64,000 nt of DNA from Alphaproteobacteria bacterium. GTDB taxonomy: Bacteria; Pseudomonadota; Alphaproteobacteria; SHVV01. The stretch lies in the NCBI GenBank assembly GCA_965224275.1, contig CBDCYR010000002.1, positions 192,902 to 256,901 on the forward strand. The letters run 5' to 3'. A model generated the notes under the pieces. It had not been told where the DNA came from. It searched no databases and worked only from the letters and a program-made list of their open reading frames with translations. Below are positions 1 to 10,719 of this stretch, piece by piece. Numbering within the stretch: position 1 is the stretch's first letter; the number at the start of each line of letters is the position of its first letter. A program made the translations under genes and the position numbers.

Positions 1-47
1 CGGCTTGTGCTGGCGTCGTTACATTCACGTTGCAATCAAGAGATTAG

Positions 48-1214
48 CTACTCGGCTGCGACCGCGTAGGCTTCGTCCGGTAGCTCTATATCGTAGAGCC
101 TGGCGCAGGTCAGCGCCGAAATATCGGCCTGCACCTTCGGCGGCAGCTCGCCGAGAATATCTTCCATAATCTCGTGGGTGCGCGGGAAGGTGTTGCGTAA
201 ATGCGGGAAATCCGAGCCCCAGATAATCTGATTCGCCCCCTCAACGTCCCAGGCACGCTCGACATAGGGATCATCGACGAAGGTATGCCACACCCGGGTC
301 GCCATGTATTCCTCGGCCGTGTGCTTGAGCGGCGCCAGGTTCATTACCCGGCCAAAGGCACCTTCGATCTGCTTGAGCCGGAACATGAAGAGCGGCAGCC
401 ACGATACTTCGTACTCGCCAAAGATCAGCTTGAGGTTGGGAAAACGGTCGAACAAACGCCCAAAAATGAACTCCTGGGTAACGATCGGACCGATGTCATC
501 GAAGATCTCGATCAGTTTGGCCGGCGCAAGATCGATCTCGTCGGCGGTGTGGTAGGTGAAGGGGTCGCGGACCTGACCGGTGATCGAGTGAAACGTGATC
601 GGCATGTCGAGATCCTGCGCAGCACCCCAAAAACTGTCGTAGCTGGGGTCGCGGTAGGGTTTGAATTGAGGCCGCAGCGCATTCTGCGGGATCGCCGTTC
701 GCAGGCCTTTCTTGGCGATGCGGTTGAGTTCGGCGGTCGCCCATTGGGGATCGTGCATGTCGATCATTGCCGCCCCGAGCAGGCGTTTGGGATCGTGGCT
801 GCAATATTCGGCGATCCAGTCGTTATAGACCTGGCAAACGTCCTGCAGGACGGTGACGTCCTCCATGCGCATATTAAGCAGCATGAAAGTCGAGTTAATG
901 ACCTCGGCAACGATACCGTCGTAATCCATCAGTTCGACGCGGATCGCCGGTTCGGTGTTGCAAAGTTTGACCTTGGCCTCCAGTTCGTCGCCCAGACCTT
1001 TTAGCTCACCCGTGGACTCCGCGGCGTCGGCCGGCTCCAGCAAGTCGACCTTGAGGTATTCGATACCCGTAAAGAAGTATTGGCCGGGTAAGCCCTTATA
1101 ACCCTCGACCACCTGCGGCAGCTTATCGCCGTGTTTGTCGGCCAGGACGTTGGTCCACAGGTCGAACGGCTCGATGATATGTGAGTCGCCGGAGATAATG
1201 TATTTGGTGCTCAT
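48..1214 (-). CDS. Amidohydrolase-2 family metal-dependent hydrolase (ACMSD-like TIM-barrel)
   Basis: 388-aa ORF. The N-terminal S-G-D-S-H-I-I-E-P and C-terminal W-G-S-D-F-P-H motifs are typical of PF04909 amidohydrolase_2. Uninterrupted frame, compact spacing to neighbours. Confidence 0.8.
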   Translation of the reverse strand: MSTKYIISGDSHIIEPFDLWTNVLADKHGDKLPQVVEGYKGLPGQYFFTGIEYLKVDLLEPADAAESTGELKGLGDELEAKVKLCNTEPAIRVELMDYDGIVAEVINSTFMLLNMRMEDVTVLQDVCQVYNDWIAEYCSHDPKRLLGAAMIDMHDPQWATAELNRIAKKGLRTAIPQNALRPQFKPYRDPSYDSFWGAAQDLDMPITFHSITGQVRDPFTYHTADEIDLAPAKLIEIFDDIGPIVTQEFIFGRLFDRFPNLKLIFGEYEVSWLPLFMFRLKQIEGAFGRVMNLAPLKHTAEEYMATRVWHTFVDDPYVERAWDVEGANQIIWGSDFPHLRNTFPRTHEIMEDILGELPPKVQADISALTCARLYDIELPDEAYAVAAE

Positions 1215-1328
1215 GATCGATCCTCTCTGAACCGGATGTGCAGAACGCCGGTTTTATCGACACTGTGCGCGCAAACGAATGGTAGGTGGCGCTTGGGCCG
1301 CACGCAAATTGTCCGTAGGATTGAGCCT

Positions 1329-1750
1329 TCAGGCCGGATCGATCAAAAGATCCCGGCGCGACCCCTGGGAGGAACTGTCGCAGTGAATCCAGTCGACCAA
1401 CGCGATCCGCTCGCCGCGGGTTACCGGGGTAACGCGATGGGTAAAGTAGGCAGGAAAAACCACCATGATGCCCTGCCGGCGTAGCACCTCGGGATCGTAC
1501 GCCGCGTTAAGGAATTCGAGGTCGCCACCGTCGTAATTATTACTCGGCGACAGCTGTACCGTGAAGCCAAGCTTGCGTGAACCGTTGCTCGTTGACTGAT
1601 ATCGACGTGCCAATCGTAACGATCGCCACCAGCTCGGTAACGCATGATCCACGGCATATCGTCGGGCACTATCGATGCGGCGACCGTGTTCACGAAACCG
1701 TGAACAACTAAAATTTGTTGGGGATGCCAGTTCGTACCGAAAGGCACCAA
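1329..1750 (-). pseudogene. PKHD-type hydroxylase (YbiX-like 2OG-Fe(II) oxygenase), frameshifted and N-terminally short
   Basis: Two overlapping minus-strand frames together reproduce the YbiX pattern. One frame gives '...DRYDWHVD', the other gives 'YDGGDLEF...VVFPAYFTHRVTPVTRGERIALVDWI' (compare YbiX 'YDGGELV...[25 protein letters not shown]'). The frame switch lies near nt ~1590-1600. Only ~50 aa precede the HxD motif versus ~100 in YbiX. Confidence 0.5.
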
Positions 1751-1761
1751 CGATCGAACGT

Positions 1762-2613
1762 CTATCTCGGGCGATCGCCCTTGATTTGCGTGCGATGCAT
1801 GATACGGCGTGCGCCAGCGTCAAATGCGTCGCGCCGATGCATGAGCGAGCGGTTGTCCCATAGCATCAGATCGCCGGCTTGCCAGACATGTTCGGTCGTG
1901 AATTGGGGCTGGGTACAGTGCGTCCAAAGTCTGTCGAGTAGCGCCTCACTTTCAGGCACCGAGAGCCCCTCGACATAGGCCCAGCTGCGGCGCCCAAGGT
2001 AGAGCGCTTTGGCGGCGGTCCCCGGATGAGTACGGACAATCGGGTGCTTGGTGCCGGGTTCGGCCGTCACATCGGTCGGCGGGCGCGCACCCTTTCGCAG
2101 TCCTCCGACGCTGGTCAGACTGGCGGAATGATTGACCCGGTGCCCGTCAATTGCATTGCTAAGGTCGTCCGGTAGGTTTGCATATGCCGCCGTCATATCG
2201 AGAAACCAGGTGTTGCCGCCTTGCGGTGGCACCTCCAACGCATAGAGCGCGCTTGCCATGGGCGGCGTCTCAATGAAGCTCATGTCGGTGTGCCACTCGG
2301 CCTCGCCGGCACCAAGGCTGCCGATCGGGCGTCCGCCCTCGACCACGTTCGAGATCACCCATACCTCGGGTGACGGACCAGTGCCGGTTTCCAGAATTTC
2401 CGAGGCCGGATTGGGCTCGAGTTTGCCAAAGCGGCGGCTGAAGCCCAGCAAAGCCAGATCGTCAAGTTGTTGCCCGCGAAACAAAAGCAGGCTGTGGTCG
2501 AGCCACGCGCGATGGATTTCCTGAAAGGTCGACGCCGTGATAGACGCCGAGAGATCGACGTTGCTTATCTCGGCGCCGGCGGCGCCGTCCAGGGGCTGGA
2601 TGTCGAGCGTCAT
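1762..2613 (-). CDS. TauD/TfdA-family Fe(II)/2-oxoglutarate-dependent dioxygenase
   Basis: 283 aa. It carries 'WHTD' (H-x-D facial-triad motif) and a C-terminal 'LWDNRSLMHRR' typical of the taurine dioxygenase family. Confidence 0.85.
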   Translation of the reverse strand: MTLDIQPLDGAAGAEISNVDLSASITASTFQEIHRAWLDHSLLLFRGQQLDDLALLGFSRRFGKLEPNPASEILETGTGPSPEVWVISNVVEGGRPIGSLGAGEAEWHTDMSFIETPPMASALYALEVPPQGGNTWFLDMTAAYANLPDDLSNAIDGHRVNHSASLTSVGGLRKGARPPTDVTAEPGTKHPIVRTHPGTAAKALYLGRRSWAYVEGLSVPESEALLDRLWTHCTQPQFTTEHVWQAGDLMLWDNRSLMHRRDAFDAGARRIMHRTQIKGDRPR

Positions 2614-2632
2614 GGCACGGTCGCCGGAGCCG

Positions 2633-3010
2633 TCAGTAACCTTCGTCGGCGTGTTTCATAACGACCAAGGTGCCCGCCGAGAGCGACCACAGCAGCCGGG
2701 CGATCTTCTCGTGCATGATTACGGTGCGTTTATTGCCGGTGTCTTGCATGTGGCGACGCAACGACTCGCGAACCTGCGCAACGCCGGTCACTTCAATGAC
2801 AATGTCGACGTCGCCGCCGGCCAACAGGTCGAGGAAGTTGTTGGTCGTACGAATGCCGTTTTTTTCGGCCAACTTGATGCCGGTCGAGTTGTCGTCGAGA
2901 TCGGCGACGCCGACGATATTAAGAAAATCCGCCTTGAGCAGCAGTTCGAGAAGGGACGTGCCGGTCTGCCCGCCGCCAACGATTGCAATGCTGAGGGTAT
3001 CTGTCGCCAT
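2633..3010 (-). CDS. Small NAD(P)-binding Rossmann-domain protein (homoserine-dehydrogenase-like NAD_binding_3 N-terminal fold)
   Basis: 125 aa starting 'SIAIVGGGQTG' (dinucleotide-binding GxGxxG) followed by 'DIVIEVTG'. It is a stand-alone short ORF sitting 20 bp upstream of the TauD gene. Function unassigned. Confidence 0.45.
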   Translation of the reverse strand: MATDTLSIAIVGGGQTGTSLLELLLKADFLNIVGVADLDDNSTGIKLAEKNGIRTTNNFLDLLAGGDVDIVIEVTGVAQVRESLRRHMQDTGNKRTVIMHEKIARLLWSLSAGTLVVMKHADEGY

Positions 3011-3115
3011 AGCTCGTCACCTCCCAATGAATACTGTCGCAAACCTCTCCGCCGTCAGCATATGGCGGGTTGCATGACCCTTGAAGTCCAAAAGCTCCGC
3101 GGTTTCGGGTGTCGA

Positions 3116-4597
3116 CTACAAGTTGCGTCCCGCACACAACCGGTAGGTATCGTGCCACGGATTTAGGCGCTCGAAAGCGGCGCTCGCCGCTAACACGTCG
3201 CTATCAGCAAGGCGGCGGCCGATGATCTGCATACCGACCGGCAGGCCGTCAATCAGACCGGCCGGGATCGACGCAGCCGGATGGCCGCTGAAGTTGATGA
3301 AGTAGGTCATGCACCAGCCGATTAGCGGGTCGATCGCTTCGCCGTTGATCTCGGTTGGGCCTTTGGTGTTGCCATCGTCCGCGTTTTCCACCGGCATGCA
3401 CGCGAGGGTTGGTGTAATCAGCAGATCGTAGTTGTTTAACACGCCCTGGATGGCATCGTTGACTTCGGTGCGGATTTCCTGGTCGCGGAAGAAATCAACC
3501 GCCGTCATCTTGTAGCCAACCTCCACCCACTCCCGATACTCGGGTGGAAGATCGTCGGGGTGATCCTTCCGTAGATCGATGCCTTCAGCCTTGAATCCTT
3601 CCAGCCCCATGACATTAAGCGGTGCAACTAGGCGGCACCACAAATCGCTCAACTCCGCCTGCGACCGATTGATGCCAACTTTAACCTGCTCCACGGTAAC
3701 GCCGGCATGTTCAAAAAGCTTCACAGCCGCGCCGACGGTTTCTGTGATTCGTGGGTCGACGGGATAGACGTCAAAGTCGGGGCTATAGGCAATCTTCCAG
3801 CCGCGGATCGAACGCTGCGTCGCACCGAGAAAGTCGACCTTGCTATCGACGCTGTAGGGATCGGCGGGATCGTGGCCAGCCAGCGCGGTCATCGCCAGCG
3901 CCGCGTCCTCGACCGTGCGGGTAATCGGGCCTTCGAACAGGAACGGCGCATTACCGGCGAACGCGTTAGGGCGAATGAGAAAAGGCGCGCGGCCCCAGGA
4001 TGGCTTGTAGCCATAGACGCCGCACCACGCTGCGGGGATACGAATCGACCCGCCGCCATCGGTTCCGTGAGCAATCGGCACCAGACCGTCGGCCACCGCG
4101 GCGGCGCTGCCACCGGACGAGCCACCGGGGTTTCTGGTCGCGTCGAACGGGTTGCAGGTCGGACCAAACAGGTAGTTGTCGCAGGTGCCTCGGAATCCCT
4201 CGATTGGGCTGTTGGTTTTGCCGACGAAAATCGCACCACCTCGCTCGAGGCGATCAACAAACGCACAGGAAAAATCGGCGACGTAGTCCTTGAGCGCGCG
4301 GATGCCGCCAAACGTATTCCGCCAGCCCGGCTTAAAACCGAATAGATCCTTAATCGCCGACGGTACGCCGTGCAGCGGGCCCAGCGGGTCCCCCGACATC
4401 AGCGCCCGTTCCGCACCTTTGGCGCGCACGCGTGCGTCGTCGTAACCGTCGATGACGAACGCGTTGAGACTTGGATTGCGGTCCTCGATACGCGCGATCG
4501 TGGCATCGATGACTTCGACGGGTGACAGGTCACGGCGCCGGACACGGGCAGCAAGCTCGGTGAGCGTCATATAAGCGAGTTCGTCTGCGAGGTTCAT
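3116..4597 (-). CDS. Amidase (amidase-signature family)
   Basis: 493 aa. The canonical AS-family signature 'GGSSGGSAAAVA' is present, with a Ser-cisSer-Lys context. Confidence 0.9.
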   Translation of the reverse strand: MNLADELAYMTLTELAARVRRRDLSPVEVIDATIARIEDRNPSLNAFVIDGYDDARVRAKGAERALMSGDPLGPLHGVPSAIKDLFGFKPGWRNTFGGIRALKDYVADFSCAFVDRLERGGAIFVGKTNSPIEGFRGTCDNYLFGPTCNPFDATRNPGGSSGGSAAAVADGLVPIAHGTDGGGSIRIPAAWCGVYGYKPSWGRAPFLIRPNAFAGNAPFLFEGPITRTVEDAALAMTALAGHDPADPYSVDSKVDFLGATQRSIRGWKIAYSPDFDVYPVDPRITETVGAAVKLFEHAGVTVEQVKVGINRSQAELSDLWCRLVAPLNVMGLEGFKAEGIDLRKDHPDDLPPEYREWVEVGYKMTAVDFFRDQEIRTEVNDAIQGVLNNYDLLITPTLACMPVENADDGNTKGPTEINGEAIDPLIGWCMTYFINFSGHPAASIPAGLIDGLPVGMQIIGRRLADSDVLAASAAFERLNPWHDTYRLCAGRNL

Positions 4598-4668
4598 GCG
4601 TTCGTGTCTCCCTGGCGGCAGCGCAACCGTCCTTGGCGTTTTTCGATAAGCACTCGAGTGTTCCGATC

Positions 4669-5064
4669 TCAGAGTGCCGTTGTCGTCAAATTAGCTCTCA
4701 GGTCGCGCATCGAGACGATGCCGACCACCTGACCATCATCAAGCACCAGGACATGACGCACGTGGTAGAACTGCATCATTTGCAAGGCCTGAAGCGGAGA
4801 ATCTTGCGGCGCGACGGTAATCGGATCGGGGGTCATGATGTCACCGAGCTTGGTTGACAGCGGCTCCCGCCCCTCGGCAACGACCTTGTTTGTTATGTCA
4901 CGCTCGGTAACGATTCCTGCCAACCCCCCGGATTCATCGGTTAGCACGACGGACGAAATATCGTGCTCCCGCATCAAACGCGCGGCCTCGATTGCGTTGT
5001 TGGTTGTCTGCAGCGACCGAATCGTCTGGTCGTTGACGACATCTGGAATGATCGTTGATTCCAC
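4669..5064 (-). CDS. CBS-domain pair protein
   Basis: 131 aa. Two CBS-like repeats ('V..V...D.......G..G..T..D') are visible. Confidence 0.85.
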   Translation of the reverse strand: MESTIIPDVVNDQTIRSLQTTNNAIEAARLMREHDISSVVLTDESGGLAGIVTERDITNKVVAEGREPLSTKLGDIMTPDPITVAPQDSPLQALQMMQFYHVRHVLVLDDGQVVGIVSMRDLRANLTTTAL

Positions 5065-5304
5065 CTTAGTCCCCCAAACCAGTCGCCCGTGATCTCGCGT
5101 TCAACAAACGCTGCTCGGTATCCTCGTGCGCAGATAATCGCGTCAAGCGCCCCGGAACGCCTTGTTGGCAAGCCGGGCGCCCTCAGCCATTGTTGAGAGC
5201 TTAGAGACGGCGCGACTGTAGTTGAACCGCGAATGATCTGCCACCGTGCGCCGGGAGGGTCCGCCCGAGTCGGTTGGCGCGGTCGGCGCGGAGAACTGCC
5301 TGCT

Positions 5305-6120
5305 CTAGCCGAACAGCGAGCGCACGACGCTGAGAAATTTCTCGGGTTGATCGAGCGAGGGCGTGTGGCCGCAATTGGCGAGCCGAATGAGATCGGCCTG
5401 TGGAATTGCGTTGGCCAGCGGAACCGCAGCTTGCGTGAAGGGAACCGGACGATCCTGGGCCCCATAGAGCAGCACGACCTGCTGCGTGATCCGCGCCAGT
5501 TCACTTTTGGTGAGCGTCGCCTGGTTCATATATCGCTGGGCGTCGCCTTTAAACATGCGCGTGAAATAGTCGCGATAGCCGGGAGTGTTGATCAGCTTGA
5601 AACGGTCGGCAACAAACTGCTCCGTGGCTTGGGGCGGCGACGTCGAAACAATCTTGTAAAGCTCGCGTAGCCCCTGTTCGCTATCCGGCATCGTCCACGC
5701 GAACGTGATCGCATCGTTCTTTTTGAAGCGCGCGCCCATGGCGCCGGTCGCGAGCACTTTGTCGATGCGGTTGTTGTTGGCGGCCAGCCGAAGCACGAGG
5801 TAGCCGGAGAGCGAGTGCCCGATCACGCCAACGGGTCCCCGGGGCGCCAGTCGATCCAGCGCCATCCGCGCCTGGCGCGACCACATGTCGAGATCGTAAT
5901 AGGGCTCGTGCGCTTTTACGCCCGAGCGGCCGAAGCCGATCAAGTCGGCGGCCAAGATGTGATAGCGCCGCGCCAGTGGGCCCAACACGCGGCTCCACAT
6001 CGCCGCCGTGCCAGCCCCGGGTCCGGTGCCGTGTAGCATTAGAATCGGCCGCCCGCTGCCGCCTTCGTAGCAGTGGACGGTGGTCCCTTCGAATTTGACG
6101 TCGTATTCGCGAATGGGCAT
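5305..6120 (-). CDS. Alpha/beta-fold hydrolase (meta-cleavage-product hydrolase-like)
   Basis: 271 aa. It has the HGTGPG oxyanion region, a 'GHSLSG' nucleophile elbow and a C-terminal His ('CGHTP'). Confidence 0.85.
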   Translation of the reverse strand: MPIREYDVKFEGTTVHCYEGGSGRPILMLHGTGPGAGTAAMWSRVLGPLARRYHILAADLIGFGRSGVKAHEPYYDLDMWSRQARMALDRLAPRGPVGVIGHSLSGYLVLRLAANNNRIDKVLATGAMGARFKKNDAITFAWTMPDSEQGLRELYKIVSTSPPQATEQFVADRFKLINTPGYRDYFTRMFKGDAQRYMNQATLTKSELARITQQVVLLYGAQDRPVPFTQAAVPLANAIPQADLIRLANCGHTPSLDQPEKFLSVVRSLFG

Positions 6121-6262
6121 GGCTGCTCGCTCTACCTGTCGGTGTCACGACCGACGATAGATCACCAAGCCTGTCGGGCAACAAGTTTGATACAGCTTCG
6201 CCCACCGCCGTACCATTGGCACGTGATAAGATCACAGAACACGGAACCAGGAAGGAGCGGTC

Positions 6263-7606
6263 ATGGCATCCGCAACTGACACACGTTACGACCTCGTTTT
6301 GCGCGGTGGCCGCGTTATCGACCCGGCACGCAAGCTTGATGATATTCGCGACGTGGCGATCCGCGACGGCAAGATCGCGGCCGTGAAGGCCGACATCGCA
6401 CCGACGCGAGCGCGCGAAACCGTCGACGTCTCGGGCAAGCTGGTATTCCCGGGCCTGATCGACCCGCACGCGCATGTTTATGAATATGTCACGGGGCCAT
6501 TCGGCATTAATGCCGAGGTCGCGGGCGTACGCTCCGGGGTGACGACACTGATTGATCAGGGAACAGCGAATGCATTCACCTTTGCCGGTTTTCGAAAATA
6601 TGTGGTCGAGCAAGCGAGCGCGCGGGTCTACGCGTTCCTATCGATCTACTCGGCCGGTGCGCTCTACGGCTACCTCAACACCCGGGTGGTCGCGCCCGAT
6701 ATGGTCGACCTCGACGTTGTCATCGAAACCATTCGCGCCAACCGCGACGTGATCAAGGGCGTCAAAGTTCAGGTCGAAGCCGGCACCTACTCACATTGGG
6801 GCCTGGAGACTTTCGAGCTCGCCCGCACGGCTGCGCGCAAGACCAAGGTGCCGATCTACGCCCATCTCGGCCATATCTTTCCGCTCAAGAAGGGTGAGAA
6901 GGTCGATCCTGCCGCCATCATCAGGGCCGCGCTGCCACGGCTGGCGGCGGGTGACATCATCGCCCATCCCTTCACCCAAGATCCTGGTTGCTTCCTTTCC
7001 GAGGACGGTATCGTTTATCCGGAGATCCGCGATGCCATTAAACGCGGTGTAAAGATCGACGTTGGCCGCGGCACCAACTTCAATTTCGAGACCGCGCGCA
7101 AAGTGCTGGGCCAGGGCATCCTGCCGGATACGCTAGGCATTGACCTGCACGGCTTCAATATCCGCCCGAGCTACCGCCTGAACACGCGCAAACGTCACGT
7201 CAAAGCCGGCCTCGCCAAAGCCCGTCCCACGGGTGCCCGCAAGACCGCCGCGTCGGAACCCGACAACGACATCGGGCATTCACTGGCCCACGCCATGACA
7301 TCGATGCTGGCGCTCGGCGTGCCGTTCGACCATCTGGCACGGATGGTGACGGTCAACCCGGCATGGATGATCGGCATGGACAAGGAACTGGGTGCGCTGC
7401 GGGTCGGTCGCGCAGCCGATGTATCGGTCTTCGATCTCGAAATCGGCCGTTGGACCCTACGCGATTTTGCCGGCAACGAGGTTGTCGCCGAGCAGCGCTT
7501 CGTGCCCGACTTTGTGCTTTGCGGCGGGGTCAGGCACGCGGCGGATATCCGCGTCCATACGCACTACGAGGAGCCGGTGTCGGCGCACCTGATCGCTGCC
7601 GAGTAA
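6263..7606 (+). CDS. Metal-dependent amidohydrolase (dihydroorotase/deacylase-like)
   Basis: 447 aa. The N-terminal 'GGRVIDP...FPGLIDPHAHVYE' metal-binding HxH motif and a later 'AHLGH' are typical of the amidohydrolase superfamily. Confidence 0.75.
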   Translation: MASATDTRYDLVLRGGRVIDPARKLDDIRDVAIRDGKIAAVKADIAPTRARETVDVSGKLVFPGLIDPHAHVYEYVTGPFGINAEVAGVRSGVTTLIDQGTANAFTFAGFRKYVVEQASARVYAFLSIYSAGALYGYLNTRVVAPDMVDLDVVIETIRANRDVIKGVKVQVEAGTYSHWGLETFELARTAARKTKVPIYAHLGHIFPLKKGEKVDPAAIIRAALPRLAAGDIIAHPFTQDPGCFLSEDGIVYPEIRDAIKRGVKIDVGRGTNFNFETARKVLGQGILPDTLGIDLHGFNIRPSYRLNTRKRHVKAGLAKARPTGARKTAASEPDNDIGHSLAHAMTSMLALGVPFDHLARMVTVNPAWMIGMDKELGALRVGRAADVSVFDLEIGRWTLRDFAGNEVVAEQRFVPDFVLCGGVRHAADIRVHTHYEEPVSAHLIAAE

Positions 7607-7617
7607 TAGCGAACCGC

Positions 7618-10600
7618 CTAAGATGCGAGCGCCTCCCGCACGGCTTCGGCAAGTTCGCGGCGTTGGAACGGCTTGTTGAGGAGCACCCGGTCTGAGCCCA
7701 TAAAACCATTGCGCTTGGCTGCGGCGGCTGGATAGCCCGACATGAAGATGATTTTGACGTCAGGATCAGTCGTCCGCGCTTCTTCGGCAAAGTCCGGCCC
7801 GCTCATGCCGCCGGGCAGGACAACATCGGAAAGCACCAGCGACACATCTCGCTCGGTTTTGAGAACCGCGCGGGCGGATGCCGCCTCCGGGACCGCAACG
7901 ACCCGATAACCCAAACCCTCGAGCACTTGAGAAGCCAAGATGCGGACGTCTTCGTCGTCTTCGATGATGAGAATCGTCTCGCCCTGGCCCATGGGTATCG
8001 AACCACCCACCTCCAGGGCGGCGTCGGTAGCAATGCTCTCGGCGCGTGGGAGGTAGATTTTGACGGTCGTGCCCTGGCCCTCTTCGCTGTAGATGCTGAC
8101 GTGGCCACCCGATTGTTTGGTGAATCCATAAACCATCGACAGCCCCAAGCCGCTCCCCTCGCCAACCTCTTTGGTGGTGAAGAACGGATCGAACGCATGT
8201 GCCCGCACGTCCTCGGACATGCCCGTCCCGCTGTCGCTCACCGCGACAACGGCGAAGTCCCCGGCAACCGCTTCAGGGTTTTCGGCGACATAGGCAGCAT
8301 CAAGGGTCACATTCATGCACTCGATCGTCAGCTTGCCACCATCGGGCATGGCATCGCGGGCATTGATTACGAGGTTGAGCAAGGCGTTCTCGACTTGCCC
8401 GGGATCGGCCGATGCCAACCAGACTCCATCCGTCACGCGGGTTTCAATCTCAACCGTGGCGCCGAGTGTGCGGGCTAGCATGTCAGACATACCGCCCGTT
8501 AGCTCGGCCAAATCGATGGTCTGAGGACGCAGGGGTTGTTGGCGTGAATAGGCCAACAACCGTTGCGTCAACTCCGATCCACGAGTCGCTGCTCGTCGGA
8601 TCGCTTCGAGCTTGGGCTCACTGCCATCGGAACCGACACTGAGGAGTTCGGCGTTGCCCATAATAACGGCGAGCAAATTGTTGAAGTCGTGGGCGACGCC
8701 GCCCGTTAACTGACCAACCGCTTCCATCTTCTGGGCTTGACGAAGTTGCTCCTCTGCGTTGTGCCGCGCGGTCACATCGCCGTTTATCGTTCCGACACCA
8801 ACTGTTCTGTTGGCGGCGTCGCGAACAGGAAACTTGGTGACATGTACCCAACGGACGCTGCCGTCGGCGAACGGAACTTCGAGCTCAGTCTCGTATGCAA
8901 AATCGTTCTCAAGCACTTTCGTATCCATCCCGACGACCCGCTCGGCGAGATCACTGGGAAATATGTCGTGCGACGTTTGACCGACTACCTCAGTGTTGGA
9001 GATTCCGTACCACTCCTTGAACATCGAGTTCGCTAGGAGGTATCGACCGTTGAGGTCCTTTAGGAATATTGCCGACGAAGAGTTTTCTATGATGCTCTTT
9101 AGTCGCTCCTCACTTTCCCGCAACGCGTCTTCAACTCGTTTGCGTTCTGTGATGTCGTGCGCTGCGACGAGGAGCCTCGGCTCGTCGCGAAAATCCATAT
9201 ACTCACCGGCGACAATCACATCGATGTCACGACCGTCTTTAGCGTGGAATTTTGCAGGGTAATTGCGAACCGACCCCTCTTTTACGAGCCGCGCGACAAA
9301 TCGGTCCCGCACGTCCTTTTCCGACCAAATACCGAGTTCCTCGGCCGAACGTGCCATCGCCTCCTTGTGGCTATAGCCGGTGGTCTCGATCCACGCCTTG
9401 TTGACATCGAAATGGGCGCCATCTCGCGGTCGCGAAATCGCCAGAAGAGCCGGACTCGACTGGAATACGCGGGCGAATAATACCTCACGTTCCCGCAACG
9501 CTTCTTCGGCGTATTTGCGTTTGGTGATGTCGCTCGTGATCCCAAGGCGCATGGGCCGGCCGTCGATTTCGATCTGTTCGGAAGAGTGGAGGCCGTGGAT
9601 GAGACGTCCGTCGCGGGCTCGAAACGTTACCTCATGGTTCTCCAGCAACCCCGTCGCCGAGTGTGCCGCAATGGCTTGGTCGCGATCGGCGGGATCCAGC
9701 CAGATTCCTAAATCCACCGCCTTTTTTCCGATCGCCTCGTCGGCGGTGTAGCCGAAGGTCTCGATCCATTTGTTGTTGACGTCGTGAAGCTTCCCATCGA
9801 GATCGGCGATCGCGATCGCCGCGGGGTTGGCAGCGAAGGACCGGTAGAAACGCTCGTTCGCTTCTCTCGTGGCGTCTTCAGCTTGTTTGCGCGCGGTGAT
9901 GTCGGTCCGCAGACCGACGAAACCGCCGTCGCTCGTGCGACTTTCACTGCACGACAACCAGCGGCCATCACGCAGGTGCTGCTCGTAGTGCTGGCCGGAC
10001 GCAAAGCTCGCGCGACGGTCGCGGACCCATTCGTCAACATCAGCGATAGGGGTGGCGTCCTGACCGCGTTCGGCGGCCGCACGCGCCACATCCTCCAGGC
10101 GCGCTCCGGGAACCAGGACATCGTCGATCCAGGGATAAAACTCACGATACCTCGCGTTGCACAGGACCAAGTGTTCGTCGGCGTCGTAGTATATGAACCC
10201 CTCGTCGATGCTCTCGATGGCATCGTTCAAACGCGCCTGGACCTCCCGCAAGGAATCATTGGCCGCCTGAAGATCGGCGGTGCGCGCGGCCACCATGTGT
10301 TCCAGGCGTTCATTACTCAGTTCGAGTGCCGCCTCACCTTCTTTGCGCTTGGTAATATCGGCGGTGACCACAAACGTGCCGCCGCTCGGTAGTTTGTAAT
10401 AATCGATGCGAACCCAACGACCGTCGACACGTTGGAATTCATTCGCCCTCGCACCATCGCCAAACAGCTTTACCCGCGCATCAACCCAGGCTTGTTTTCC
10501 TGAAGCCGGCCCGCCGTAGAGCCCCCGTTCGGCCTGAGCTTCAAACATTTGGCGGAACGAAATCCCCGGCTTGAGGATATCGATGATAAGCGTGAAGTAT

Positions 10601-10719
10601 TGGGCGTATTGTTGGTTGAATTGAACCAACCGGTCATCGGCATCGTAAATGGCCGCGCCATCTTCGATGCTCTCAATGACATCGGCCAACAATTGGCCTG
10701 AATCGTCAAAACCATCCAT
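7618..10719 (-). CDS. Multi-PAS hybrid sensor histidine kinase (PASx5-6, HisKA, HATPase_c, C-terminal REC)
   Basis: 1033 aa. It has repeated PAS/PAC modules, an H-box '[19 protein letters not shown]', a G-box '[12 protein letters not shown]' and a C-terminal receiver with 'LVLSDVVLPGG'. Confidence 0.9.
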   Translation of the reverse strand: MDGFDDSGQLLADVIESIEDGAAIYDADDRLVQFNQQYAQYFTLIIDILKPGISFRQMFEAQAERGLYGGPASGKQAWVDARVKLFGDGARANEFQRVDGRWVRIDYYKLPSGGTFVVTADITKRKEGEAALELSNERLEHMVAARTADLQAANDSLREVQARLNDAIESIDEGFIYYDADEHLVLCNARYREFYPWIDDVLVPGARLEDVARAAAERGQDATPIADVDEWVRDRRASFASGQHYEQHLRDGRWLSCSESRTSDGGFVGLRTDITARKQAEDATREANERFYRSFAANPAAIAIADLDGKLHDVNNKWIETFGYTADEAIGKKAVDLGIWLDPADRDQAIAAHSATGLLENHEVTFRARDGRLIHGLHSSEQIEIDGRPMRLGITSDITKRKYAEEALREREVLFARVFQSSPALLAISRPRDGAHFDVNKAWIETTGYSHKEAMARSAEELGIWSEKDVRDRFVARLVKEGSVRNYPAKFHAKDGRDIDVIVAGEYMDFRDEPRLLVAAHDITERKRVEDALRESEERLKSIIENSSSAIFLKDLNGRYLLANSMFKEWYGISNTEVVGQTSHDIFPSDLAERVVGMDTKVLENDFAYETELEVPFADGSVRWVHVTKFPVRDAANRTVGVGTINGDVTARHNAEEQLRQAQKMEAVGQLTGGVAHDFNNLLAVIMGNAELLSVGSDGSEPKLEAIRRAATRGSELTQRLLAYSRQQPLRPQTIDLAELTGGMSDMLARTLGATVEIETRVTDGVWLASADPGQVENALLNLVINARDAMPDGGKLTIECMNVTLDAAYVAENPEAVAGDFAVVAVSDSGTGMSEDVRAHAFDPFFTTKEVGEGSGLGLSMVYGFTKQSGGHVSIYSEEGQGTTVKIYLPRAESIATDAALEVGGSIPMGQGETILIIEDDEDVRILASQVLEGLGYRVVAVPEAASARAVLKTERDVSLVLSDVVLPGGMSGPDFAEEARTTDPDVKIIFMSGYPAAAAKRNGFMGSDRVLLNKPFQRRELAEAVREALAS

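Noticed and set aside
5681-6613. 310-aa minus-strand ORF
   Set aside because: It overlaps the alpha/beta hydrolase and the plus-strand amidohydrolase and is Arg/Ala-rich. It is a typical high-GC antisense artefact.
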